A stretch of 62,924 bases of DNA, counting the filler, from Bigelowiella natans CCMP2755 (Eukaryota; Protista; Cercozoa), in the NCBI GenBank assembly GCA_000320545.1. It is 5 parts of 5 records of this genome, joined end to end, with 100 filler letters (N's around TTAATTAATTAA, not from the genome) between each part and the next. Parts side by side here need not be neighbours in the genome. Positions count along the whole stretch, not along the records: positions 11,838 to 26,503 come from ADNK01001996.1; positions 26,604 to 29,971 come from ADNK01000754.1; positions 30,072 to 60,336 come from ADNK01000040.1; 2 more parts are not named here. One strand, written 5' to 3'. The translations under genes were made by a program, and so were the position numbers. Below, one piece after another: positions 24,840 to 39,028 of this stretch (position 1 is its first letter; each line of letters starts with the position of its first letter). The notes under the pieces were generated by a model. That model worked only from the letters and a program-made list of their open reading frames with translations, was not told the DNA's origin and ran no database searches.

Positions 24840-26381
24840 TGTATATATACAAATATATATAATATTTATTTGTATAATATGCTATGTGCCATAATTATAT
24901 AATGTACTTTCTGAGCGTGTTGGCTATTCGTTAGTAGGATATGTGGATATGGTGTGACCGTTAGTTCCTCTTAGTTCCTCTTCGATCTCTCTTCTTGCAC
25001 TACTATTCCCATACTCGACGACGTGTCTGATTTAACTCGTTCAACCAATTATAGAAGAACCCGGTATGACGAATCATCGAGTAGGAGTGGATCACGAGAG
25101 TATGGCAGCAATGAAAGCGCTGAAAATGACGAGGAGGAGCAACAGCGACACGAGCAACCGCAGCTAGATCGGTCTTCTTCTATGGTTAGCTTGCAGGATA
25201 TGGCAAGCAGTATCATTTATAGTCTCAAACGCGAGGTGAGTCGGCAGTTGTTGTGGTAATGGTGGCTGAATCTTGCATTCGCTGAGCTTTGTATAGTGGC
25301 CGCCAAATCGTCGGCGTCGTCGCCGTCGCTCCCGTCCGATGTACTGTGCGCGCCATTTTGTTAAGAGCAAGTGATGACGCAGCGTGATATTTTTGGAGCT
25401 CGTCAATGTACTAACTTCCACCTGCTCGACTTACAGATTTTCAAATCCAACGACCCCCTCCCCCCTCCAAAGCTGGAAGCTCTCCGCGACTTCCTCCTCC
25501 TTCTGGAGCGGAGGTTTCCGTTCCACCACAACCGCAATGCCTTTTCCCAGCTCAGACAATTCGTAGACTCGTTCTCCGAGCAGCAACAAAGGACGATGCT
25601 GGAGATGACAGCCGTCAACTCCCACCATCATGATGGGGGCAGTGTAAGTTTATCTCCACCGAAGGCGAAAGAGCAGGCGGCCAAGCCGTCATCGTCGTCA
25701 GGAGGAACAGCATCGACGATGACTGTCTCCAAGAGCTCGCTGCTCGCCACCACATGGGAATCAAACTTGGAAGAATTTCGTATTGGCTCCTTGCAGACCG
25801 ACCTTGTGTGGCCGTACTGCAACGGCGAGCAGCAGCAGCACAACAACAACAACAACAACAACAACAAGTACTTCTCCTACTCCTCTGGCAGCAGCACCGG
25901 CGGCAGAAGCATATGGGGGGTGCGAAGGAAGGATGGCGGGCGCGGCGCTTCCTATCCATGCGGTCTCTGGCTGCTCATTCACACGCTAACAATACGCACT
26001 CCTGCAGAGGAGGCTATATACACAAACGAGGTCATTCGGAACTGGATCTCCAACTTCTTCGGCTGCCGTTCGTGCGTGCAGCATTTCGATAAGATGACGC
26101 GACCGCACTCCCCTCTCCTCTTCAATAAGACAACGAAGGCTTTTTTGAAAACACATAACCTAGTGAGAAGCTCCACCCCCTCCTCCTCCTCCTCCTCCTC
26201 CTCCTCCTCCTCCTCCTTCTCCTCCTCCGCCTCGTCCCACGTGGTTGCCTCGTCGTCATCGTCACCTGCAGAGCCTCTACCGAGGAAATTGAATTTTTCT
26301 AGCTTTGCATCAGCATTGGCTATATTGAAACATGCGCTGGCTCCTGCGTTCCGCTGTTTTTCGATTACAATTATTGCTTAA
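24039..26381 (+). CDS. QSOX: Quiescin sulfhydryl oxidase (thioredoxin + Erv/ALR domains), 3' end possibly lost in the gap
   Basis: Thioredoxin motif WFVEFYADWCHTC, then AAVSCEDHPEVC and IPAYPEL, the helix-rich LEALRDFLLLLERRFP, and the Erv motifs YPCGLWLLIHTL and NFFGCRSCVQHF. Signal-peptide-like MHALAFVATLA (true start may be downstream of 24039). Confidence 0.88.
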
Positions 26382-26503
26382 CTCACACATTAGGCAGCGA
26401 CTTTGCATCGCCATTAATCTGGATCTTCGGGGATTAAGGGTACAACATCAGTGGCCTTGACATTCTATCACGTAACCCTGTGAAATACATCGCTTCAATT
26501 AAT

Positions 26504-26603
26504 NNNNNNNNNNNNNNNNNNNNNNNNNNNNNNNNNNNNNNNNNNNNTTAATTAATTAANNNNNNNNNNNNNNNNNNNNNNNNNNNNNNNNNNNNNNNNN
26601 NNN
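26504..26603. other. Assembly gap spacer
   Basis: N44-TTAATTAATTAA-N44. Confidence 0.98.
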
Positions 26604-26738
26604 GGTAAGGGAAGTAGGGGACGGTACGTACCTACGGACGGAACGTACGAGTTAACGGTAACGTAGGTAACGAACGGGGGAGGGGGGGGGGGTCGAAGTG
26701 AAGGGGGGGTATGGGCAACAAAAACGAACGGCAACTAT

Positions 26739-26810
26739 GCGGGAAAAAATCCTTCATTCCCGCTGCTACTTATCGGATTCGAGAGTGTTGGTAGACGAAC
26801 GGGGCGGGAA
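26739..26810. promoter_or_regulatory. Cluster of E2F-like sites upstream of the NHL gene
   Basis: GCGGGAAA (= TTTCCCGC) at 26739-26746, TTCCCGC at 26757-26763, GGCGGGAA at 26803-26810. Confidence 0.35.
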
Positions 26811-27029
26811 GGCGGGGATGACTGTGTAAAGCTTGCGATTGAGTCTCAACATCAAACTGATTATTTCCGTCTGCTGCCGATGATCACTCGTGAAACGCTT
26901 TGCAAGAAGACATGCTTCTTTTCTTCCCGCCCCCATGCATTCTATACCGATTGCCTCTCGACTGAACTTATACATATCGAAACCCAAACACAATCGTCTT
27001 TCCTCTCGTTCTCCTGTTGTTTGTCACAG

Positions 27030-29346
27030 CTATCCCTACGCTTGTTGCAGCACCATTCCCGGCCCCCCCTCCGAAAACAGCGCACGCCAAGTCCTGCTCC
27101 GCATCAGCGACAGAACAAAACCAATAGTCAGTTGAAGGGCAGGCTGGGAGGAGAACGGGGTATTATATGGCGCTGTACACGAGTAAATGTGCCGCTGCTG
27201 TCGCAGCCAATTGCAACAGTCACGCGCGAGTGAGCGGTGGAAAGGGCAAACATGCCCCCTCCCCCCGCTTCTTTTTTCCATTCTTTCTTTGGGGAATGGC
27301 ACAGGAAAGAGAAATAACTCATGCAAAGGACAAGGGGTACACTGGTGTACTAGTGACCAGTCCGTGTGAAACGCCCCCAGTGGCAAACAATCCGTCCATC
27401 CGACACGTGTTGTCCCTTGCGCCTTCGTCGCCAGAGCAGCGGTTGGATATGAACGTCGAGAGCGCCTCTCGAAACGCCCTTGGTCCCTCCGTCGGGGTAT
27501 AACCGAGCAGTAGCTCTCCCGCCTACACGTTGATGTTGTCGTGCGTGCGTATTCGCGAACATTATATATCGTATGCAATCGACGGTGGTGACGATGGGGA
27601 AAATGACACCTCGGTTCGGGCAGAGAGCCGGTGGAGTGCCTTACTGAGCTTCTGGCTGGGAAGGTGGGAGGGGCAGGGGTGGCCTTTTGAATGATACATG
27701 ATGTATTTAGAGAACTGCTACTGTGCATTCAGAGAACACACGCACACACACGCACGCACACACATAAAAATCCACGTGTGCACGAGCGACCGTCGAGTCG
27801 TCCCTTCCACGAACATACACCTCCATTCACCTTTGAGGAGATCTATCATCGTTTCAGGCTGCTCCCCGGACGAGAATACCCTCGGCCGCACCGCCATATC
27901 TACCACCACCCCCCTCGCCGTCGAGACCCTCTTCCAGCGCCGCGCCCACGCCCGCGCCGAGAGCGAGGCAAGCATTTCGAAGGGCCAGGCCTGCGAACTC
28001 TTAAGGCTGCGTTGTACCCTGGATGTTTCTGGGATTAAAAGTTGGCGAAATGAGTATATATATGTTTTCAGCATTAAATATTGACGAAGCACAGGTGGAG
28101 GCCGCACAAGTTGTTGCGAATGTTGTGATGCGGGGAGCGACATGTAACTTCATTCAGTCCCGTCGGCGAAATCCCCTAGTCGAATACCTGCACCGACCCA
28201 GGGGGGGGGGGGGGGGCGCTTCCTATGCTGTGGCTTGAAAAATGGCCACTCATCCTTCTCCTTTTCGCGCCTGTCCCCTTCGCGTCTGGGCTGAACTTTA
28301 CTAGCCGATTCATGTGAGTAACAACCCCGAGCTGCTACCTGCTCATTTGCACACAGCATTGCTGACTTTGCGCCAACTGTCAGCGATCTAGCCGATGGAC
28401 ATCCTGTAATGTTCGCGCCTGATAAGAATCTGTCAGACATTGTATATGTTACCTCGTGGGTAAGTAAACACTACTCAACGCAGAAGCAAGATACTACCAG
28501 CTATTTCCCAACCCTTTACCCTCCCCCAAACCTTCTCATGCGGCGTGAATATGCGGCTACAAACAACTAACAAACCGGAAGTAAGAAATTGCGCATCAGC
28601 AATTAACTGTACGTGGCCTACTTGTGTAAAACAGGCACATGTTGACACGTCCCAGGAGCAAGCGCTGATCTTGAAGGTATTAGACGCATTTACACAGATC
28701 ATCGCCGCGAATGTTCCTCGAAAAAACCAAACCTCTGATCCATACATTCGTTCACTGATGTGTAGTTAAACCTGACCTCGAAGAGCGTTGTAACCTACGC
28801 TGGGGCGGACAAAGGTCGTAGCCCGCAGCTCTCGTGCAGCTTCCCTGCCCCCCCCCCCCTCCCCATTAATGAAGACTTGATAAATCATTAATCTTTTGCG
28901 GGGACCCATAATTTCCGACCGAGAAATGAGATGTGTAACCCTTCCTCGGATGCTCATCATCACATAATCAGGTTGCTTAGACGGCCCGCTCACAAGTGCA
29001 AAATTCTCCCGCCCCAGAGGCTTGGTGTGCACAAGCTCGGGAGACATTTATGTGCTCGACACGGTAATACAATCAATGCCTCCCAGCGCGCTCTATACTG
29101 CTTCGAAATATATTCAAAGCTTTGTCGTGCGCGAAGGCTCTGTATAAATGCAACAATACACAGAGAGAAAATGTCTGTGTTAAGTCCCGAATACGGCGTT
29201 CACAGACATGCACGAGTGTGTGTGTGTGTGTGTGTGGGTGGGTGGGTGTGTATGGTGCTCTGATTTTTGCGTGTATAGAAAGTGTATTTTATGCATGATA
29301 TGTGAATGCGTAAGATGGCTGTGAGTATAACTGCTTGAATCGACAT

Positions 29347-29383
<37 letters not shown>

Positions 29384-29449
29384 CTTGATAGCATACCGAG
29401 AGGGTTCGGAAGCTGTCTCCAGGCGGGGTCGTCTCGCCCATAGCAGGTA

Positions 29450-29487
<38 letters not shown>

Positions 29488-29823
29488 GACAAATAGCTTG
29501 CAGCAAAAAACGATGTAGTGCTAGCGATAATGCAGAGAGTCGGAGCCTTCGTAGTTAGAGGCCTGAGTGCTTCTCGAGAGCCACTGAATGACGAGTATCT
29601 GATAGGCTCCGTAGTGGGTCATGTGGATGGATCCTCGGCCAGATTCAACAGGCCCCAGGTAAATCAATCCTACTCTCCCCCTCCCCAATTTTTTAGTTCC
29701 CTGATACTGCTACGTTGTGCTCATGTCCCATATACTTCCAACACTACTGCTTCGTATCATGCAATATCCTTTTGTAGGATGCAGTACTCAACGAAGACAC
29801 GCAAAGCCTAATCCTGGTTGAGG
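27030..29823 (+). CDS. NHL-repeat beta-propeller protein (partial, multi-exon, runs toward the gap)
   Basis: Spliced exons CLDGPLTSAKFSRPRGLVCTSSGDIYVLDT | HTERVRKLSPGGVVSPIA | GSVVGHVDGSSARFNRPQ | DAVLNEDTQSLILVE match the NHL pattern DG...A.F..P.G. Upstream exons are uncharacterised and the start is not determined. Confidence 0.75.
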
Positions 29824-29971
29824 TGATAGTCTGCGATGTGAAACATGTCGTTGGTGATATTATTACGTGGTATGGAAGATATTGTTCTGCCCTTGATGCA
29901 AAACCCCCCCCCCCCCCCCGCCCCTTAACCCCCCTTGCCCAAATAAAATTATGGAGCGCCTAGTGTAGAGC

Positions 29972-30071
29972 NNNNNNNNNNNNNNNNNNNNNNNNNNNNN
30001 NNNNNNNNNNNNNNNTTAATTAATTAANNNNNNNNNNNNNNNNNNNNNNNNNNNNNNNNNNNNNNNNNNNN
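29972..30071. other. Assembly gap spacer
   Basis: N44-TTAATTAATTAA-N44. Confidence 0.98.
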
Positions 30072-30398
30072 CGCAGATTATTCTTTGTCCGAACCTGTTT
30101 CCTTCCGCTCTCGTGCCTCTTGCCACCACTCCTGAATTAGGACGTGGTGGTGGTTGAGGAGAAGGAGGAGGGTAAAAAGTTCAATCTTGCAAAAAATCAA
30201 TTTCTTCTTTCCATTAGCAGCGAAACGTACGCGCGAGTCTCCCTCCCCTCTCTCTCTCTCTCTCTCTCTCTCTCCTCCCCAATTCCTTCCTCTAGCGCTC
30301 TACCATTTTTTCTTCCTCCGCTTTTCGCCTCTGTTCCAGACGCCGTCGTCGTTCGTCGTCTTTACGCTGCCTTTCTATTTTCCTCCTGAAGTAAAAAT

Positions 30399-30441
<43 letters not shown>

Positions 30442-30764
30442 ACACAAACATACACACATATATGTGCACACGCACGACCACACACAAGTCACGGCCATAA
30501 GCCGTGAGGGCAAAACAAAAATATGGTGGATGTTCTTTATATGCACGTTTCACGGTTTCGGGTCGTATTTTTTTGGAATATCTTGTGTCAATTGTATGCA
30601 CGCGCGCAACATGCACATGCCCATGCCCAAAACAACCTGTAGAGAGCTTCTATCTTCTGTACTTCCTTCATGTGGCGGCGAGCTTCCTGCGGGGTCTGCG
30701 AGAGGGGGGGGGGACAGGCGACGAAGATTATGAGAAGATGACGTTAGTGGGCGACGACAACGAC

Positions 30765-30811
<47 letters not shown>

Positions 30812-30932
30812 GGGGACAAGGTTCTTGTTAGTAAGAGTTATTCTTCTGTGCGGTAGCATGCTCAATATTCAGTACTATGGTCACAGCAGCAACAGCCCAC
30901 TACCAATACCACTACTACTACTCCTTCTACTT

Positions 30933-30968
<36 letters not shown>

Positions 30969-31858
30969 TTCTACCTTTGGAGGCAAATTGATGGGACGGA
31001 ATGCTCCAACGACGACACCAGGGCTACTACTGCTGTTTGCTGTGCCTGCTGCACTACCATCCTTGCTGCTTCTGCTGATGCTTCTCGTGCTGCTGCTGGT
31101 GGTCGCTGCGTGGTCATTATCATCACATCATCGTCATCGTCATCGTCATCGTTATCGTTATCATCACCATCACCATCACCATCACCATCATAGTACAGCG
31201 CATCTGTGCAGCAGGAAAGAAGTCGACGACAGGGTATCATCAACAACAAATGGGTGATGATAGCGAGTTGCTTCTTCTTCTACCACATTAAACAACCTTC
31301 CCTAGTCGGTGGCGTCATCGTGATCGTCGTCGTCGCCCTCTTCCTCATCTTCTCCTCCCCCTCCCTGCCAGATGATGGGGCGGGGAGAGACACAGGCCGG
31401 CCCCGTCCTTCTATGCTCTTCCCCCTCCCCCTCTCTCCGCCACCGCCGCTGCCACGGCCTTGGGTGGGAGATAAGGCGGGGGGCTGCGGGTTGGCCTTTG
31501 GATTCCTAAAGATACTGAGTAGTGCATGGAGAAACTTTGAAGGAGACGGCTCGCCATCGTTGTGCTGCTGATGCTTATGCTTCTGTTGGTTGCTGCCAGG
31601 AGGGACAGGGCTGAACTCTGCCATAGGGGGGGGCGGGGTGGTGGCATTGTTCCCTGCCTCTCCGGCGTTGTTGTCGTGCGTATTCGTCTTTCTGCTGTCT
31701 CCTCCTCCTCCTCCTCCCTTCCCAGGCGTAGCTACGATTTCCGGAGGGGGCTGGAACGGAAGGATGGGCGGAGGACTCGCCATTGCAGGATGACTCATGA
31801 TGGTAGAAGCGGTAGTAGTAGTAACATTTACTTTTGCTTTTGTTGCTGCTGCTGCTGC

Positions 31859-31894
<36 letters not shown>

Positions 31895-32128
31895 GGCAGG
31901 AGGTGGTGCTGCAACTGTCGTAGCGTTGGGATTGGCGGCGTTGGATGCAGCACGAGACCGCCTACCACGACCGGCCTCTATCTTCCCATCGTCTTCCCCG
32001 CCATTGCCATCACCACTGCCTACTTGCCGTGTTCGCGACGAAGAGAGCGAGTCCTGGGGCAAGAAAAGGAGGGGAGGGGGGGAGAGTGATGCATGCAGTG
32101 CTCTTTCAGATGTGAGTGGGTGTGCTTT

Positions 32129-32172
<44 letters not shown>

Positions 32173-32762
32173 CACACGTATACACGTACATAATAACAGT
32201 AACATCAAAAACATTAATAATAATAGTAATGCTAGTAATAAAAAGCATCCCCAACATCGTCGTCATCACCATCATCATCACTTCAGTAGCATGTCGCATA
32301 TGGGATTATAGTAATAGTAGTGATAGTAATAATGACTATTCTCATCATCGCGGTTCCAACCACTCGCCACTACTACCACCACTCACATGCTACCTCGGAG
32401 TATATCACAGGGATGTTGCTGCTACTAATGCTGCTACCGCTCCCTATTATCATCATCATCAAAATCATCAGCATCATCGTTATCATCCGAGATAACATGA
32501 AGAATGGCTCGATCCAATCCCCAACGCCTCGATGACTCGCGAGGTAATCATCGCTACCCCTACCAACGCCCTGAGGCGTGGGTGACGCCGCCGCTCATGT
32601 ATGCATAATGATGTTTACAGGGATGGGGGTGAGCGTGTGTTGTTTCTGGTATTACTGTTGTGCAGGTGCTGCTTGGCTGGAGAACGATGAGGGTCTTTCT
32701 CGTCGAAGTGCGAGTTGAAATAGTCGTGCTGCACATTCTGGGGTTCAGAAAGAGAGAGAGAT

Positions 32763-32813
<51 letters not shown>

Positions 32814-33785
32814 GAGGGGGGGGGGGAGGGGAGAACACAGTAGGGAAAGATGCAGAGTTGGCAGATTTATTCTTTGCAAATATAATATTACAACCGCACG
32901 TAACGAGAAAGTATAAGATGCAAGACCATGTATCGATCGGTCGCCACAAAGGTGCTCCTGCCCCTGTGCATAGAAATGATGATGAAGAAGAAGGGGGGGG
33001 GGGAGAGAGGAGCAGGAACGGGAGGAAAAGAGAGTGTATCTTAACATAATGAATGCTATTTGTCTGCATGGTGTGTGGGTGTGTGTGTACCCGCAGCAAA
33101 CAACAGAAGCGTCCATTCCTGCGAGCGCTTTCACAACGCGTGGCCTATCATTTTATCATCCACAGATGATGATTTTACATCTACCAATAACATATATAAT
33201 GTATATATGTCTGCGTGTGCATTGGATTGGTGTTTATCATCGTTTTGTTCGCCCGTTAGCTGCTTCTTCCTCTTCTTGCTCCTTGCAGCACAATCGGCAA
33301 CGACGACAACGACGAATTCTACCAAGCAGTGGAGGTGTAATGCCCGAGTCCGAGTTGGCCAAACCTTCCGCTAGCGACACAAAATGAGGCAAGAGAAAGG
33401 AGGAAGAGGAGGAGGAGGAGGAGGAGGAGGGGAAGGGGAGAAAGCCATCACAAGCAGAAAAGACACACATATATCTACAATGTTTGTAGTTATATACATA
33501 TTTACACACATACAGATATATATGTAATACATATATGCGTAGATAGAAGACCTTCCCCACGTGACCACGTCTCCTGTCGCAGTGACGACGGCGGTGTGAA
33601 AAGCGCCACACGACACGTGAATTGCATGCTGGCCTCCCAGTCCGTTGGTAGCGGGGGAGGGAGAGAAATCGTCTGAAAAGCGGTTTATATTGCTATTATT
33701 GTTGAAACCATCTGGACACTACGCAACTGGGTGTGTTCTGGCACGTATATCCGCACACTCTCTTTCTCTTGCACACACACACACA

Positions 33786-33857
<72 letters not shown>

Positions 33858-36031
33858 AATATTTATCTCCTAGTTCTGAAAATTAGTATGGTTTATCGAA
33901 CTGTGGCTTTAATATATATATAGAGAGCTTTACAGACGATCTCTCTCTCTCGCGCGTTTTATATATACCCAAGATCTGTGGATCCACTGCCACCACTGTG
34001 AAATTGTCCATACCCAGGTGTCCCCTCCCCCCCCCTTCCCGTGTCAACCCTGCCCCCCCCCCTCCACGGCTGCTGTGTTTTCGTACCTGACACGCCATAC
34101 CTACACTTCGATAAAGGCATTCAGAATGTACGTTGTCTAGAATGGAATAGATTAGCAATCTATAAGAGTTCAAAAAAGGGGAGGGGAGGCGCTCCCCCCC
34201 AACCCTACTCAGCTTCTTCAAACATGTTCTATGTGAAGTAGTCACTGAGGAGGGGAGGGGGGGGGGGGGGGGGGGCTATATGATGATCCTGGTGACAAAT
34301 ATAATAACCGACCCGCATGCGGCATCGATGACGAGTAGGCCCTTCGGAAGCCTTACCCTTAAGGGATGGGGGCTGCTGCGACAAAGGCCTGACCCTAGCT
34401 GACCACGCATCCCCCACCCCCACGTGTAGACACGCCCGTGATCAGTCACTACGGCAACATGGCCGAACCCAGCCGCAACTCTCGTTACCACTTCATTTCC
34501 AATCCTGACAGCTTCGGCCACCACCTGCTGCTGCATGAATCGGTGGCCCTTGTGCAGGGAGGAGGGGCAGTCCTCCGGGGTCAGGCTAATGCCTTCTTTC
34601 TTCTCCACCCCGTCCTTCTTATTCTCCTGTTTCCTATCACGGCTTTCCTCTTCCTCCTTTTCTTCCTCCATCCCCCTCCCCTCCTTTTCATCCTTCTTGT
34701 CTAGACTACGACCGCTGCTGCTGCTGCTGCTGCTGCTGCCGTTCGATCTCCCCTCACCAAGCGGCTGCTGCCTTGCGAGGACACCGTGACGGTTCCTTGT
34801 TCCCCAGGTGTACAGCTCGCCCTTAACCGTCATAGCAACGGTGAATTCAGATGTAGCGACGATTCTTGCCAATTGTATTCTTCCCGCAGGGTTGCGCCTT
34901 GACGACGAAGAGTTTGTATTTGTGCTCGCTGGGGCATCCCTTTTATCTTGTCCTCTTCCTTCAACCGCCGCTTCCCGCCGCTCCTTAGTGCAGGTATCAT
35001 TACTATTATTTTTCTCATCATGCTCATTATCATTACTATCATTCTCCTTTATTCCTCCTCCCGCTGTGGTGCTAGTTAAATTGTAGAAGTAATGGCGGCA
35101 CTCGTCCTCCTTCGCCCCGGAGGAAGATTCGGCGTTTGAGCCGACCCCGGGCAGAGAGTAGCAGCATTTTCCTTCGGTATCGACAGCATAGATTGCATCC
35201 CTCGTGCAGGTCACATCTGCAAAGCGCTTTCCAGGAAGAAATTCCGTGAAACGCCTCCGGGTTGCGCGAGCGATATGGCGGTCGTAAAGGCTACCAGCAT
35301 ATTTATCGGTACCACCGATCTTCGTCGTAGCATCGACTCTAGTCGAAACGGTAGGATCACCACCCCTTTTCGTTTTAGGACTGCTGGCAGTTGCGAGGGG
35401 GGAGTCGGAGGGTTCATTTGATCTCTTCCGAATCGTGTCGTCCCCTACCTCCCGTCTGTCATCTGAACCTGAGCCACTTACAGCAGCAACTGTGGGGGGG
35501 GGAGAAGGCGGATGCAGCCAATGATAAAGCTTTCCTTTCTGTGAGAGGGCGACAGTGATCGAAGATGAGGTCTCCATTCTTCTTACTGATCCTGACTCCA
35601 TTGTGTCGAGCAGCGAGGGGGTGCTGGTTGGTATGCACAAAATTACATCAAAAGGAGGGGGGTTCTATTAGAGGGGTTCGGAAGAAACTAGGCCTAGCTC
35701 CCGACTGAAATAGATTGCAATGCGCAGCATGTTCATGTGCTTTATTAATGGCGTATACTGAGCGGGGAAAGGCGGTAATCTCTCTCCCCTCCCTCTCTAT
35801 TTTTCCGAAGATTTTGCACCTTAAGCTCCTCACTCTGCCACAGGCGGCGTGTACCGATCCCCATCCCCACAAATACACTATATTATTCGATGAGATAACG
35901 GGATCGGGGACGGCAACTGGGGAGGGCGGGGCTGGAGCCGGGGCCGTGCGGTGCTCGGGTAGGGGCGAGGAAGCCATGATCCGATTTCCCCACTGCTCGA
36001 GCTCCTCCTTGACATCTGCTCTGCTCGTCAT
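30072..36031 (-). CDS. RCC1-repeat (RLD) protein with low-complexity/coiled-coil C-terminal region
   Basis: IVATSEFTVAMTVKGELYTWG; VTRVAAGFGHVAVVTDHGRVYTWGWGMRGQLG...VIDAACG; SCGAFHTAVVTATGDVVTWG. Start MTSRADVKEELEQWG at 36031. Coiled-coil exon RKIERQRKDDERRRRLEQRRKAEEEK ~30305-30385. The 3' end is at or near the gap. Confidence 0.85.
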
Positions 36032-36447
36032 TCTAAAAGAAAAATAGTGTGTAAGATCCTTAGATGTTTTCCGCTTATTTCTTTATCCAAATCCAAGGTT
36101 CTCGCAACACACATCGGATGGCAGCGATGGGAGGTCTTTGTTGTCGCAGGGCAGCCTTCGGCTGCGTTTGCGCTCTTCGTTGCCAGGAGCAAACTTCATC
36201 TGAGTTCTTTCCATAAAAGCGACAAGGGTTATCGGGTGAAAAATACCTAAAATCCCAGGGGTTTACTCCCTTTTTTGTTGTTTGTCAGGTAGTTAGGGGA
36301 GGCAAGTTTTCTTAGTTTTATCTCCCGATCCGCCCCCCGAGCCCCGGCCAGCCTGTGAGCGACGAGAGTCGTGCTCTGAAGCAGCCACCTACCCCCTTAG
36401 GCGACCAGCTTCGTAGACCTTGCATATTTCTTTTCAACACACGAATA

Positions 36448-36894
36448 ATGGCAGTGGAAATCGAGGTAGTCGAATAGACTGTGATGGTAAACCCGTCCCT
36501 GCAGCTGACTGGCGACACTCGTGCCGTTTGTTATGCCTTCAGGTAAAGACCCCCGGCGATGGAAAACGGTTCGCGAAACAGGTTCCACTGGCTAGGGGAA
36601 GATAGATAAACTTGTGGAATTTTCTTGGGAGAGGAACCAGGCGGGTGGAGGCTTCGAATCATTGTTACGAATGACACCTACTATCACCACAGGGCGACAA
36701 AGTTGCCATACACGTGACGCTGATGCGATCGGACGACGGAAGCGTTCTGGAGTGCTCGCGGGCGAAGGGAGAGCCTCTCGAGTTCATTCTTGGCTTGCAA
36801 GCACCAACGAAGCTTATTCCAGCAGCCTTTCTCACAGAGGGCCTACGCAGACTGTCGCACGGAGAGCGCGCCCTTCTCCGTTTCACTGGCGACG

Positions 36895-36929
<35 letters not shown>

Positions 36930-37000
36930 CGGTGTGATGGAGACCAGGATACCAGCATGCTGAAACTCGACGTCGAGGTGCTGAAAATTGTTCCACGCCC
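36448..37000 (+). CDS. Degenerate FKBP-type PPIase domain (probably the N-terminus of the TRF4-like gene)
   Basis: Spliced MAVEIE|VKTPGDGKRFAKQ|GDKVAIHVTLMRSDDGSVLECSRAKGEPLEFILG...LTEGLRRLSHGERALLRF...MLKLDVEVLKI aligns end to end with the FKBP12 pattern. Confidence 0.8.
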
Positions 37001-37419
37001 GAGGTGGACCTCGGCGATAGAAGGCTCAAGCGAGCCGCCTGAGTCGTTCGGGGCGGGGCTTTCGAACCCGATCTGGGCCAAACTGCAAAGGAAGAGAAAG
37101 AAGGCAGTAGCGTCGTCTGTAGAGGCGTCGCCTTCGCGTAGCACGAAGAAGAGGATGATGGTGGTGGCAACGATGAAGGCACCCTCTGGAGCAGCAGTAC
37201 ATTCCTCATCGAAAGAACAGAGGGGAGGAGGTCAGTTACGCGACGATATCACACTTCGTGCCTGTGTGCGGCGTCCGAAAACGCTGAATGTTGGAAGATA
37301 TCCAAATCCATTTGCATACGCCTGCCTTTCATGTCCTGCGCGTATCGAAAGATGCGAGAGATCTTAAAAAGTAACAATTCGCTCTTTTTTTGTGCTTAAT
37401 TGGATCTAACTATCTTTCA

Positions 37420-38960
37420 GGAGAGAGGCTCAATTCTTCGCCATTCTTACATATAGGAGATGATGATGATCATACGACCTTAGCAAGAGCAGAAGCTGAG
37501 GAGGAGGATCATGATGACGAAGAAGAAGGGGAAGAAGAAAGACAATGCCTACCAACTCGCAGCTATGTGGAAGATATCATTAACAAAACGGACGATGATG
37601 AGGAGGATGAAGAAGAAGAACAGCAGCAAATTGGTTGTCCAAAGGAGGGAGAAGATAAAAATTACAAAGCGGCTCTCCCAAAAGACACAGCTTTGAACGT
37701 AAGCTCACGAGAAAAGGAAAAAACATATTAGAAGAAGAAGAGACAGAAGAGAAAGAAGAAGAAGAATTGCTCTCCCCTCCCCCTCTTTTTGTTTCTCTTT
37801 GTGAATGCGCGTGTGTGGTAATGTTTCCTTGACAAATAATACCACATCGTGTCTGCTAAACGGTACAATTTCCTCCACCCCCCCAAACCTACCCCCTGAT
37901 ACTCAGCGAGGTGATGGTGCTGCTCCTCCTCCACCAGAGTTTATCTCCCTCTCCTCTTTTGCAACCGGAGATGCTGAACACGATACGACTCGCAAGGAAA
38001 ACGTAGATGAAGGAATAGAAGACGAAGATGCGCCGTGGGTCTCAAGGCGGTACATCATATAAAACATGGTTTCTTCTCCATTCGGCATGTGCTTTACCAC
38101 GTTTGCTCCTATTCCTCCTCCTCCTCCTCCTCCTCCTCCTCCTCCTCCTCTTATCTATGAAATGATGACATCGGCAGCTATGAGAACAAGAATCGTTTCC
38201 TGCGCCTGCACGAGGAGATCTTGGATTTCTGCCGGTGGATATCGCCCAGTAAAGAGGAGCATGAGGTAGCAGCAGAGACTCATGCAACACATCATCCATC
38301 CTCATTACCAAACACACACACACACACACACACACACTCACTCACTCGCAACGAAATCACCAAGGTGTGTGTTATCAGTATACCCATTCATCACCATTCT
38401 CCTCTCTCCCTCTGCCTATGTGTCTTCTCTATGAAAAGCTGAGAGAGAAATTGGTCGAGCGGCTTCGTCAAGTAGTGATAGGCTGCTTTGGAAGCAGTGA
38501 CGACTACACACACTCGCCAGCAGTAAGAGGTGGTAGAGGGGGCTCAAGGCACGTGCAGCAACAACGGAAAGTACGACCACAACATGGCTTTATGACCACA
38601 GCGACCGAAGTAGAAGAGAATCATCATCATCGTCATCATCATCATCATCACCACACTCTCAAGCACACAACATTCATAACTTCCCTTCATCGTCCCCCAC
38701 CTGCTGTTGTGTGTGAAGGGAAGGGCTGCTGCTGCTGGTGTATCGCTGCTACCGTTCGGGTCGTTTGCGACGGGACTCTATCTACCTTCGTCAGATATGG
38801 ATCTTGGTGAGAAGAAGCAGCAGCAGAAGGAGGAGGAGGAGGAGAAGAAGAAGAAGAAGAAGAAGAAGGAGGAGGAGGATTAGGAAACATGGCTCAGCCC
38901 TATTTCTCTTTGTTCCAACAATGAATAATACAATATTTATATATACATTTGTATATATAT

Positions 38961-39028
<68 letters not shown>

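Noticed and set aside
30877-32535. Long plus-strand ORFs with poly-Val/Cys/Tyr/His
   Set aside because: Antisense readings of microsatellites and of the RCC1-repeat gene.
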